A stretch of 64,000 nt of DNA from assembly GCF_001194135.2 (NCBI RefSeq), contig NC_068983.1, positions 85,554,025-85,618,024 on the forward strand, in the 5' to 3' direction. Source of the DNA: Octopus bimaculoides. Lineage: Eukaryota. Below, piece after piece: positions 51,617-64,000 of the stretch. A model generated the notes under the pieces. It made no database searches. It was not told the origin of the DNA and worked only from the letters and a program-made list of their open reading frames with translations. How positions within the stretch are numbered: position 1 is the first letter of the stretch; every line of letters starts with the position of its first letter. The position numbers were made by a program, and so were the translations under genes.

Positions 51617-51850
51617 GTCATTATCAGCACACTGGGCAAAATGTTTAGTGGCATTTCACCAGTCTTTACATTCTGAATTCAAATTCCACCAAGATCAACT
51701 TTGTCTTTCATCTTTGAAGGTCAATAAAATAAGGTACCAGTTCAAGAACTGTGATGGAGAGGGTGGAATCGACAGTATCAACTTACCTCCTCCCCTCAAA
51801 ATTGTGAGCCGTATGCCAAGATTAGAAAGAATTATTACTATTATATATTA
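51617..51850 (+). mobile_element. SINE family B copy
   Basis: ctgaattcaaattccacc..atcaactttg..tttcatc; tail gaaagaattattactatt. Confidence 0.85.
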
Positions 51851-51979
51851 CTAAGATCATCATCATTGATCAGGACAACAGCAATGTACCAAATCATAGA
51901 ATTGTAAATGTAAAAACACAATTGCCAGCATTGATTTCCAGAGTCCAAAACTAATGTAACATTCCTGATTAAGAAAAAT

Positions 51980-52016
<37 letters not shown>

Positions 52017-53504
52017 CACACACAAGGCCAGCTGAATTACAATTAGTAAATGATATCTTAGATGTGACTAAACTGGTAGAAGCAAATAATGGATGAGCTG
52101 GTAGCAAGTAGAGAACAGTATTTAACTGAGGCAGACAAAAGTGAGAGAGATTCAACGATAGAGAGAGAGAAAGTCATAGACTAAGCAAAAAAAGGTGACT
52201 CAAAGATAGAAAGAACAAGAGGGTCAATGAATAGAGTAAGAGAGAGACAGTCATTTATATAACAGTTTGATTCAGCTCTGCATAAAGTTTTGTGGGTGTA
52301 GAATATGTCCAGATCATTCATCATCATCATTTAACGTCTGCTTTCCATGCTTGCATGGATTGGACAATTTGACTACGGACTATGTACGAAATCAGATAAT
52401 ATGGATATGTCCTGCACAACACAAAACTGACTCTTTAGTAATGAGCTTATTCTCTCAAGGGTAATCTCATGGCTTTGAGATTTCGATGAAGTTTTGTTTA
52501 TTTTTAGAAGGACATTGTAGGGTAGGCATGAAACCAAATTCAGCCAATTTGAACATAGATCTAGAATATTTGGGCCAGATATGACCAGTTTAAATGCTAA
52601 ATAGTTAAGAGGTTGAGTAAAAGCAGACACTTGTACTCTTAAAATTCTCAAGCAGATTAAGTGACACCATGACAAGGTAAGTACAATAAATTCAACAAGC
52701 TTCCACAAAATTTCTGTCCACCCAATTTCAATCAGAAGACACTCACCCAAAGGTTTAAATGTTTTAAATACAAAAGGATTAAATAATGAAGAGCCAAGCC
52801 AACTCATCAGATACTTGCAATTCCAACTAAATGTATTCAGAGCTACTTTCTTTCCTTTGTACATCCACTTGTATATATATCATCATCACCATGCTGGCAT
52901 GGGTCCGATGGAATTTGTTGAGGCAGATTTTCTACAAATAGATGCCCTTTTTCCTATCATCAATCTTCATGTGTTTCCAAGCATAGTAATATTTCCTCAT
53001 GGCCAGTTTTTTTATTTATGAAAGATTGGAAATCAATGACATTATTTGCATGACAGTGATGCTTGCTTACAACTTCTGCACAATGCCAAGCCAAATCGAC
53101 ACAAACACACACACACAGGGTTTCTTTCAGTCTTTGTCTAGCAAATCCATCTACAAGGTGTTGTTCGAGCTGAGCCTATAGCAGAAGACACTTGCCAAGA
53201 TGTCATGCAATGAGATAGAACCCTTTAACAGCAAGATCATGAAGTGAACCTCTCAACCACATTGCCATGCCTATATCCATCAAACATATATATATGTTTA
53301 TATAAATTGTTTTTAAACCATACACAAAGACACATATTTGAGAGAGAGAAATGGTCAACTGAATCAACTCCTGTACTTGTTGACTAGCATATTATTTTAT
53401 AGACCCCAGAAAGAAGACAAACAAAGCTGACCCCACTGGGATTTGAACAGAGATTCCAATGCATTTTGTCCAACACTAATGATTCTACCAATCCACTGCC
53501 CTAC

Positions 53505-53895
53505 CTTTTATCTTTTACTTCTTTCAGTCATTAGACAGCAGCCATACTGGGGCAACACCTTGAGGTATTTTAGTCAAACAAACTGAACCCAGTACTTTAT
53601 TTTTTGTTGTCTGGTATTTATTCTATCAGTTTCTTTTGCTGAATTGCTAAGTTACAGGGATGTAAACACACTAACACCAGTTGTCAAGTGCAAGGAGGTG
53701 AGAGAAACAGAGACACAAAGACACACATACACACAGATATAGAGATATATGTATATGTATGATGGGCTTCTTCCAGTTTCTGTCTACCAAATCCATTCAC
53801 AAGGCTTTGGTGAACTCAATACTATAGTAGAAGTCACTTGCCCAAGGTGCCATGCAGTAGGACTAAACTCAGAACTATGTGATTGGGAAGTAAAC
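53505..53895 (-). mobile_element. SINE family A copy
   Basis: Reverse complement of the family A head and tail. Confidence 0.85.
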
Positions 53896-54292
53896 TTCAA
53901 GGATGCACTGGATAATGTAATCTATAAGAAATAATGGGATGGTCAGCATTAAAATGCTTTTAATCAATAACAGATCCACTCAATAATCAATCAGAGCTGA
54001 CTTTGGGATAAACAAGTAATTTATTATTAAGTCAATAAGAAAACTTCTATGTTACTGCAATAGCAACCAAATTTCCCTCAGATCACAGAAAATATTAAAA
54101 AATAAGATAGAATACATTGAATAAGAGTATTCTTAGATATGCTTCAGAGAAGAAAAAAAATAAAGATGATCAAGTCTCACTATAAATCCACTTAACCAGG
54201 GCTGATCTGGTTGAGGTTAAATAATAGAAACAACTATTTAGATAGTAGAGTAGTTGTGAAAATACACAACTGAAATTGTTTAGAAAATACAA

Positions 54293-54450
54293 GAGTGGCT
54301 GTGTGGTAAGTAGCTTGCTTACTAACCACATGGTTCCGGATTCATTCCCACTGCGTGGCACCTTGGGCAAGTATCTTCTACTATAGTCTCAGGCCAACCA
54401 AAGCCTTGTGAGTGGATTTGGTAGATGGAAACTGAAAGAAGCCTGTTGTA

Positions 54451-54495
<45 letters not shown>

Positions 54496-54772
54496 ACATG
54501 TTTGTATGTTTGTGTCTGTGTTTATCGCNNNNNNNNNNTGTGTGTACATGTTTGTATGTTTGTGTCTGTGTTTATCGCCCCAACATCGCTTGACAACCGA
54601 TGCTGGTGTGTTTACGTCCCCGTAACTTAGCGGTTCGGCAAAAGAGATTGATAGAATAAGTACTAGGCTTCCAAAGAATAAGTCCTGGGGTCGATTTGCT
54701 TGACTAAAAAGGCGGTGCCCTAGCATGGCTGCAGTCAAATGACTGAAACAAGTAAAAGAGTAAAGAGAGAGT
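54293..54772 (+). mobile_element. Young full-length SINE family A copy (contains a 10-N gap)
   Basis: gagtggctgtgtggtaagtagcttgcttac...gcagtcaaatgactgaaacaagtaaaagagtaaagagagag. Confidence 0.95.
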
Positions 54773-56087
54773 ATAATTGTTAGCCATTGTAGACAACTGT
54801 CGAATGTAAGATACTAACGCTCCCCACAACAAGATTATGATAAAATGAGCTCGAGTTCTGAAAGTCCAAGAAGTAAATTGACTTTCAATGTCTGAAATTT
54901 GTACTGGAATGTGGACACCATAAAAGAAAAACAATAGAAAAACACCAGATCTATACAGTAAAGTCAACATTATAGGAGGAATGTTGGTACATCAATTAAA
55001 AGAAGCTCATTGATATGGCCGATAGGAGTGTGGCTTAGTGGTTAGAGTATTCAGCTCACCATTGTAAGGTCATGAGTGATTCCTAGCAGTGCATTGTGCC
55101 CTTGAATAAGACGTTTTATATCATGTTGCTTCAGTCCACTCAGCTGGAAAAAATGAGTAGTACCTGTAATTTAAAAGGTGAGCCTTGTCACATTCTGTGT
55201 TATGCTGAATTTCCCCCAAAACTATGTTATGGGGATGTATGTCTGTGGAGTGCTCAGCCACTTATGTGTTCATTTCACAAGCAGGCTGTTCTGTTGATCA
55301 GATCACCTGGAACACTCAGTCATAAGCGACAGTGTGCCCAAGAGGAAGAAAAGAATATTGTGATAGTGGGAGGGATTTACTGATTCACTCACAGGGGTAC
55401 TGGTCAGTCTGGAGCAATAGTAAAAGGCACTTGCCCAAGGTGCAGCACTGTAGAACTGAACTGAAAACTATGTGGTTGCAAAGTGAGCTTCTTAACTATA
55501 CAGCCATGCCCATACCAATGCAAAAATTTTACAACCAAATATTTTTTCTCATCTTACTCTATGCTTGTTTTACAAATAACATCAAGAAATTCTTGTGTCG
55601 AAAAGGGAAAATAAAAAATAACAACCAAATTTAAGCAAACCATTTAAAAAAAATAATAAAAACAAGTATTTCCACTATATCAGGATAAGCAACAGCTATT
55701 TTTTAATTATAAAATATGAAGTAGAAACAGTAAAGTATTAGAACTAAATACCTTCAAGTAATTAACGATATGCATTTGCATTCCAAGTTAAAATCTTACA
55801 GACATTGACTTAGGCTTTCCTCTTCCTACAGTTGATAAGTTAAATTAAGAGCACACTGAGCTCAATTCAATTGCTTAATACACCTACCCAACAAAACTGT
55901 GACCTTGTACTAACTAATACAAGAAGAAAAAAAAAGAGAAATTCATTATAAACTGGGTTTGATTCCACAGATTAACTAATATATTTTAATTGAAGTTGCT
56001 AAGTGGAATTAATTAGTAAAATGCAAAAATATTCAGTGAAGTCAATAAACCAGGAATCACGACTTTTGAATACAACAGGAAACATTC

Positions 56088-56306
56088 TTTTCTTTTCTAC
56101 TCTAGGCACAAGGCCTGAAATTGTTAGGGAGGGGGCCAGTCAATTAGATTGATCCCAGTACGTAACTGGTACTTAATTTATCGACCCCGAAAGGATGAAA
56201 GGCAAAGTCAACCTCAGTGGAATTTGAACTCAGAACGTAAAGACAAACAAAACACCACTGAGCATTTCACCCGGCAGGCTAATGTTCCTGCCAGCTCGCC
56301 GCCTTA
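56088..56306 (-). mobile_element. Young SINE family B copy
   Basis: Reverse complement aaggcggcgagctggcaggaacattagc...gttctgagttcaaattccactgaggttgac...agagtagaaaagaaaag. Confidence 0.9.
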
Positions 56307-56840
56307 AACATTGCAGAAAATTGGCAACAACAACAATGTAATTCAATAAGATAAGTATTATTTTAGTATTTATACGTTTTTAAGGGAAATCTATGACCAA
56401 ATAACAAAATAAGATGAGCAACCTCAGTTAGGTCATTAGCTGAGGAGTCAATGACCATATTATTTTCTTATCCTGGATAACATTTCTAACAACAACCAAT
56501 AATCAATCCCCATATTCTTAAGACTAAAACTACAAAGATGATACACATATACTTATATAATAACAAAAAAAGAAAATACAAATCAGCCACCACATTCATG
56601 CAGAGACAAACCACAATAACACAATTACCTATTATTTTTTCATTCTACCTACTTAAGATATTTCAATAACATTTTAAGAGATTACTTTCCATCTCACTTT
56701 TTTGAAAATTTCTAAAATAACAAGGAATAATTAGCAATATTCATAACAATAAATAGTAGAAAGGAGGCAGTATCACACAAACAGACATATATTCAGTTAA
56801 AACAGTTAACTGATACACACAAGAAATTATGATAAATTAC

Positions 56841-56900
56841 CTTGAAATCCATAACAAAAACATTTGCTTTTGTGAGTGATATATTTAGGTTTTTGAATAC
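56841..56900 (-). CDS. Candidate 60-nt exon, product unknown
   Basis: Donor aag/gtaatt, moderate acceptor gtgtacag; two frames open (VFKNLNISLTKANVFVMDFK or GIQKPKYITHKSKCFCYGFQ). Confidence 0.15.
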
Positions 56901-58773
56901 CTGTACACTGATTTATAATAATTGAGGAATCCTACATTCAGTCATATATATTTTAGGTTTCCTCCAGTGATTCATATAATTTTTACAACATCTATAACAG
57001 CTGATTTTCAAAAACAAATGTAATAGACAAAAACCATTGAATCCTTAAAGCAACTTAGTTAATAATACTAACTAGAGGTCACTGAACTACCAAATTACTA
57101 CTCCAATTATGACAAGCTTCTCTGTTTATATATGGCATTAGGAAGGGCATCCAAAGTAGACAAAGTAGACAATAGAACACAGCAGCACATTAAATGATGA
57201 TGATGATAAAATACACACAATTCTCTGAATCCATATTTTACACTATGCAATACACACATACATACATATCTCAAATCATAACTAGTCACTCCTAGAAATC
57301 TGTTAATTTGACATATTTCAATCAATTGACCTGCAATTCAATAGAACTGTTTCGTTCCCATGCCAACAGCAGCCACTCCTGTAAAACCATCCACTACACT
57401 AGCAGATTAACAAGATTCCAGTCTGGTAAACTCATCAGCTAACAAAAATCTCTTAAGCAGTTTCCAAGTTTGCTTAGTGCAACTGGACAAATCTTAGGAA
57501 AAACGAATACTAAAACCTAAATCATTAAAGTCAGCCTTAGTCATAAATAACATCCAAATGTTTCAGTTTCCATAGATACTAAATCACTAATGTTTTTTTT
57601 TTGTTTTGTTTTTTAATGAAGTGAGGAGGATCTACATGGTAATTCAATCTGTTACAACAGCAACCAAATCTGCCTCAAATTACACCGGTGGCAAATTACA
57701 TCTGCTGCAAACCATAAAGCAGAGGAGAGAATAATCAATAAATACAGGGGTCTGGCTAGGGACAACCAGTACTGACTTGTTTACATCCTCATAACTTAGC
57801 AGTTCAGCAATAGAGACTAACAGAACAAGTACCATACTTCAAAAATGAGTACCGGGTTCAATTTATTTGATTAAACATTTCAAGATGGTGCTCTAGTATG
57901 GCCACAGTCCTGTGATGAAACATGTAGAAGATAAAAGGTAAGATAGTTTCAATAGTGGTGCAGTTATACACACACAAATACTCTAGATTCCATCTAAGGA
58001 AAACCTAATTAATTGGTAAGCCTTCACTTACCAACTCACTACAACCACAAGCACACCAATATGATGTTCTGCTACCATTATTGTAATAGTTTCAGCTTCC
58101 TACAAACTGTGTCTCACCCATTTCACCTACTTACCCTCTCAACTCTATCTCCCCACAATATCCTGTACAAACTTTTGACTAATTTTCTACAAGAAGACAC
58201 TCGCTCAAAGTACCAAACAAAATAACTAACCTTGAAACTATGTGGTTTGGAAGCAAGGTTCATAACTACACAGTCATACATATACTTATGTATATATATA
58301 TATTACCACCATAATCATTCAACACCTTGTTTCCATGGTGGCATGGGTTGGATGGTTCAACAGGATCTAACAAGCCACAAGGCTATGCTGAGATCCAGTG
58401 TCAACATTGGCATGGTTTCTACAGCTGGATGCCCTTCCTAATGCCGACTACATTCTTGTGTGTGTGTATCAATCACTGTGTGGCACCTTGGGGTCATAAC
58501 TGGAATGGCATCTGACTATAAAAAATAGTAAATCTGCCTCAACAACCCAGGCAAGTATGAAAAAATTGGATGTTAAAACAATGATGATTGTGCATGCGTG
58601 TGTGTGTGAGGATATTGAGTATGGTGGTGGTGGCAATGATAACAATGATGATTATAAACATTCATCTCACCAGTCTGGAAAAGCTTTCCCAAACTAAAAT
58701 ACAACTCTTCTTTTTTAGTTCCTTGATAAACAGTTTTCAATCAAATATTCACAAAAAGATACACACAAATATA

Positions 58774-58998
58774 TTGACCCTTTTGCATTCAAATTACTCT
58801 GTCAAATGTAATGCTTATTTATTTCCATCATTTTGAATTAAATCATGTATTACCTTGTAACTTAGATTTCTATGATGTTTTGTTTACTTTTAAAATGACA
58901 TTGTAGAGTAGTGTGAGAGGCTGGATCTGGCTAGTTTGAACATAAAACAGGTAGAATACATGAGCTCGATATGGCCAGTTTAAATGCTAAAGGATTAA
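58774..58998. mobile_element. MITE family 1 copy
   Basis: ttgacccttttgcatt ... aatgctaaaggattaa. Confidence 0.85.
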
Positions 58999-59004
58999 AA
59001 CTTA

Positions 59005-59389
59005 GAGAACACCCACATTAAAGTGGCAATAAACATTACCTTATGGTTCGTATACTGCTTCCATCTCAAAGATTTTTTAACAGACTGCTTTCTTAGTTAC
59101 AAAATCAGTGATTATATGACACTGTATTTTCTATATATTGCAAAGCAAAGCTAAATTACTGCCATGCCTGACAAACGAGCTCCTAACACTGAAGAGATCC
59201 AATAAGATCAAAATCATGTGACCGAATGGTCTGAAGGCTAGGGTGACAGGAGTTATCTCCCGCTTACAATAAATATCAAGTGTGAAAAGCTCACTAAATA
59301 AACCAGCTGGAGATGTCTTCCTGGGGTTAAAACAACAGTACCGTTGTCTGTTCGAAAATACCTACGTTAAAGTGGCGATAAACACTACC
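59005..59389 (+). mobile_element. Orphan 385-bp insertion with 36-bp terminal direct repeats and 12-bp flanking duplication
   Basis: DRs 59005-59040 and 59354-59389 (30/36 identical, all six differences transitions); gattaaaactta at 58993-59004 and 59390-59401. Confidence 0.6.
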
Positions 59390-62028
59390 GATTAAAACTT
59401 AGGTGTGCTTATTATACCTAAAAACAAGCACAATTCCAAACCCAAACAACACATATTTTCTCTTATATTTTTTCCTAAATGAAGTAAAACCAAAAATATC
59501 TTAATGTGTTATGATCAGTTAATGGATCATAACTGGCTGGAAAAGCTGAAACATCTGTTTGGTTGCTGATTGGCAGGAGCTGCTGATATATAACTTCATG
59601 TCAAACCTGAATCGCAGTTTACCAGTCAGATTTGACATCTCTCAGCTATCAAGCAACAGGTTCCCTTCATATGATAAATTATTGGCTAAGAACTATACTT
59701 TAAATTCCAAGATAGACCAGCAACAATTCTATCTTTTCAATCTTTGTTCTCTTCATGAATATTTCATACTACAAACAAGGTATCTTGTCAGCTTATTCAA
59801 AACCTTCCAAAGCATTCACTTTACACCTAAACCAAAAGCGCCTTTCCCACCATCACTAGGTTCAATACATCAACTCTACCATGTTATCACACTGCTTCTG
59901 GTTTAGAATATTCAAGAACACACCAAAGCACACATAAATATTGTATAATTAAATATAATTGATAAATAATGAAAATTTTATTTTTAGTTAATGATAGAAA
60001 TTTTAATTCCTTCAAGTTTCTCCAAATTAATGAAGCTGGCCTACCATTGAGACATGAATCTTATTGAAAAAAAGGCAGGGTACAAATTTAATGAGAACAT
60101 ACAGCAACTTGAGTAGAATAATTCCATGAGAGGCTAAGAACAAGTACAATTTAGAACAGTTGACAAAAAAGAAATTGTTTTTGATCAGAAAGCACTACTT
60201 GTATACTAAAACTACATGTGCACAATAGTGGAGACACACAGATAAAAAATTAAAAAAACAAGACTAAACAAAAACTGCTAAACAATTGTTTCTAACAAAG
60301 GAATAATTCCAAGTATTTAGAGGGGAGTTACTTTATGCCATGGACCTCAGTACTTGACCAATACAAGGATGAAAGGCAAAGTTGACTATGGCATAATTTG
60401 GATTCACCAAAACAAGTACCACAAGGTATTTTGTCCAATGTTTTAACTATTCTGCAGATTGTAAAGCAATGTGAAAATTAAAGGCTCAGTTCTGTGTTCA
60501 AATTCAAGAGAATGTCATACTTCACCTTTTATTCTTCCAACAAGGATAAAAATCATTAAGTATTCATGTTGACAAGTGCTTTAAGAGACATCAGTTGATC
60601 CTTGTACCAAAGACAAAATCTGGAAATAGCAGATATCCTCAATGTGTACTTATTGAATAAAAAAAAAAGTAACTCAAACACCATAATGTATGAAAATTTC
60701 AACAATGTGGTTTTGTGTTCAGTTCCACTGCATAATACCTAGGGCGAGCGGCTTCTATTATAGCCCCAGGCCAACCGAGTCTTATGAGTGGATCTGGTAG
60801 ATGGATACTAAAAGAGGCTCACCATGTTCACGTGTGTGTGTGTGTGTGTCCTTGTCTTGACATCACATGACAAGTGCAAACAAGTGTCGCCCTCATACAA
60901 GTAGTGTTATTTTCAATCTTCCAAGAAAACCTGTCTGACCCTAAGGAAATATTAGCTTGCTTAGAAACAAACGAAGATTGGTGGCAGGAAGGACAACCAG
61001 CTGCAGAAAAAATCTCCATCAATGAATTCCGTCTAGCCCATACAATCTTGGAAAAGTAAATGCTAAAACAATGATGATGATGATAATAGCTCTATACGAA
61101 CAAGTGAAGACAACAGCAAAAGGGGAGGAAGAAACAGTAATGAATTAGATTTCATTTCAAAACTTCCTTCAGTTTTGATAGGTAACAATCTCATTTTGCA
61201 TTCCTTTATTCATGTTCTATACACTATATTTCATTTAACATCTATGCTTGCATGGGTTTGATTGGCATCCTGGTTCCAGTTTTCAAATATAGCTCACAGA
61301 ATAAAAAATAATCACAAATCAACGCATTGGTTTTTTACATAGAAGACTTTATGGTTCACAAATTTATTTACTACAAAAATGAACTCAAGTTCTGCTTTAG
61401 AAAGAAACAAACCAAACTACAAGTCAATATGGCTAGTAACCAATACCAACTACTCAAGAGAGGATATCACAGTAATACGTCATTAAATGAAGCCAAAAAA
61501 AAAAAAAGGAAAAAGAAAAAAGAAAGACAAAAAGCTAAACAAGACAGCATGGCACCAGCCAAAATGGCTACAAACCAATATCACTCACTGAGACTTATGT
61601 AAAGCAGTAGGAACTAAAAACAACTAGACTGCAGGATGCCACTAAGTGGCTTCTAACCAAAAACAATGAAATGCCAAGATATCAGTCACTAGCTTACTAA
61701 TCCAAATATTTTATGAAATAACAGAAAAATACAAAATGACACAAATAAAAAAAAAAAACTTATCCAGAAAGGAAGACCCACCTCCACTGCCTGCCAATGG
61801 CTGTAGCCCACCAAAATACAGGTATGTGGCCAAGTAGGTCAACTGTTATCAAACATCCCTTCCTCTCCCTATTCAACATTTGCAACCACCAAATATTTAA
61901 ATGCCACCATTTTATCACAATTGTTTGCTTGATTTACTGATTGCTTCAGTGCTCACAACACTATCTGAGAAGCAAGTGACTGAGATTAGGACAATTAAAA
62001 AAAAAATTCTTTTAAATTGCTACCATGA

Positions 62029-62233
62029 TTAACACTTTTGATGCCAATCCACATGAGACCATTCTTGGTTCTGTGACACCAATTTCCTGTTTCAAAGTAT
62101 CTAAATTTAAACCTTCTCTCAAAATTTCATGTTAATTTGTTCCAAGCACCAGCTTAATAATAACCAAGTCATATTAATAAACTCTTCGTTATTTTGAAAA
62201 TTAATTGAAAGACAGAAATATGTTATGGGTTAA
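62029..62233. mobile_element. TTAA MITE family 2
   Basis: ttaacacttttgatgcc ... gttatgggttaa. Confidence 0.65.
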
Positions 62234-62261
62234 ATAAGCATTAAATATTTCCTATTTGATT

Positions 62262-62648
62262 TATCTTTTACTTGTTTCAGTCATTAAACAATGGCCATGC
62301 TGGGGCACCACCTTGAGGAATTTTAGTCAAGCAAATCAACCCCAGTACTTATTTTTATTTTAAACCTGGTACTTATTCTATCAATCTCTTTTTGTCAAAC
62401 CATTAAGTTATGGAGATGTAAACACACCAACACCAGTTGTCAAGCAGTGGCGAGGGACAAACACAGGCATACACACACACACACACACACACAACAGGCT
62501 TTTTTCAGTTTTTGTTTACCAAATCTGCTCACAAGGCTTTGGTTGGCCTAGGTCATAGTAGAAGACACCTGCCCAAGATGCCCCACAGTGGAACTAAACC
62601 AGGAACCATGTGGATGGAAAGCAAGCTTCTTACTGTACAGCCATGCCC
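62262..62648 (-). mobile_element. SINE family A copy
   Basis: Reverse complement of the family A head and tail with (CA)n interior. Confidence 0.85.
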
Positions 62649-63005
62649 ATTAAACTTTTGCAGGATGTCATCTGGATATTTGTAACACAATCTAGTTATA
62701 TTTAACACATCAAATGATGGGGGAACTAGAGGTTACACATAAAATAAAATCAACATTAGTCATATGGTGTGGTTAAGTGGATAAGAAGTTCACTTACAGC
62801 CATGTGATTCCAAGATTAATCTCATTGAGCAACACTAAGAGCAAGTACCTATACCATGGCCTTGGGTAGACCTAGTTGTTGGTTAGTGAATGAATGTCTA
62901 CTGCTCTCGACAAAAGATACATACAATGGTATGAATATAGCATAGCCATAACTAGCAAGTATGACTTGGCAATATGTACCATGCTTTCACTCATTGTTTT
63001 AACCT

Positions 63006-63403
63006 TTAACCCTTTAGCATTCTGCCAAATGTAAAGCTTATTTATTCATATTGTTTTGAATTAATAAAGTATTGTCTTAAAGCTTTGAGATTTTTACGAT
63101 GTTATTATCTATTTTTAGAATGGTGTTGTAGGGTAGGTGTGAGAGGTTAGATCAGGCCAGTTTGAACATAAAACTGAAGGCCTATTTTGGCCAGATATGG
63201 CTGGTCTAAATACTAAAAGGTTACCCATTCCGATCATTCTGCCAAATTGTTCTGATAGCTTTGAGATTTTAATGATGGGACTGTTTATTTTTAGAATGAC
63301 AGTGTTGGGTAGGCATGAGAGTTTGGATCTGGCCAGTTTGAAAATAAAATAGAAACAATATTTTGGCCAGATATGGCTGGCTTAATAAATGCTAAAGGGT
63401 TAA
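63006..63403. mobile_element. Two adjacent MITE family 1 copies
   Basis: ttaaccctttagcatt (63006) ... aatactaaaaggttac (about 63223); second copy ends aatgctaaagggttaa (63403). Confidence 0.85.
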
Positions 63404-64000
63404 AGTGTAGTCATGAGCAGATATAGATACTCTCAGCCACCCTGCTTCCTCATTGGCCCAGCAGAACATCCAGCATATGATAGCTAGAGAGAGGAGGGGC
63501 TGCAACCAGCACATGACTGATACTTATTTTTCAGCTGAATAAATGAAAGTAACTTGAAATAATATGCCTCCCTCAAGAAGATGAGATGCCACCTCATTTA
63601 GAATTGAACCTACATACAACTTGAGGCCAACACTGTAAACTAAACCATGCACCTGCGCATATAAGCAAGAAATCAAGTTACGCATACATTTTCTTATTGC
63701 TCATGCCATCAGAAGAAACATAGTAAATATTGATTTGCATGTTGGAAACCAATCACCAGTGATATTAGAAAAATAATGTTCAATATAAAATTGAAAGAAT
63801 AAAAAGTAAATATTTAAAATTAAAATATATTAGATACAAAATTCAACAGAAATATATTCACATGCATTCCTTTAGCCTTTAACTAGTTTCAGTCATTGGA
63901 CTGCAAACATACTCAAGAACTAACAGTTCTTTTTTTTATTTACTTTTCTATTGTTTGTGTCTTTCAGACACAATACCTATTTTACTGATCCATAGTTTAT

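Noticed and set aside
61327-61602. ORF with repeated MASNQY/MATNQY and a Lys-rich NLS-like stretch
   Set aside because: The Lys run is a poly-A tract; the about 20-bp imperfect repeat is weak, with no splice or homology support.

Overview
AT-rich eukaryotic genomic DNA from a gapped draft scaffold (five N-runs). The repeat landscape points to Octopus or a close coleoid cephalopod (inference from recalled SINE families, not a database search). It comprises three tRNA-derived SINE families, a (GAT)n-tailed RTE-type 3' repeat, TTAA-flanked MITEs and dense microsatellites. I find no complete protein-coding gene, rRNA, functional tRNA or CRISPR array; nearly all ORFs in the supplied track are microsatellite or repeat artefacts. 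Recognisable coding relics all belong to decayed mobile elements: RTE, CR1, R4/Dong-like and HERO/NeSL-like LINEs, plus a mariner-derived MITE. The + strand looks A-rich, and a few short splice-flanked open segments lie on the minus strand, so the window may be mostly intron of a minus-strand gene, but no product is recognisable. The most unusual structures are: (1) a 588-bp nested-palindrome DNA element with a 6-bp TSD and back-to-back telomeric repeats at its centre (43284-43871); (2) a Merlin-like element with an 8-bp TSD (44404-44820); (3) an orphan 385-bp insert with 36-bp terminal direct repeats and a 12-bp TSD (59005-59389); (4) several inverted repeat pairs that could form long dsRNA.
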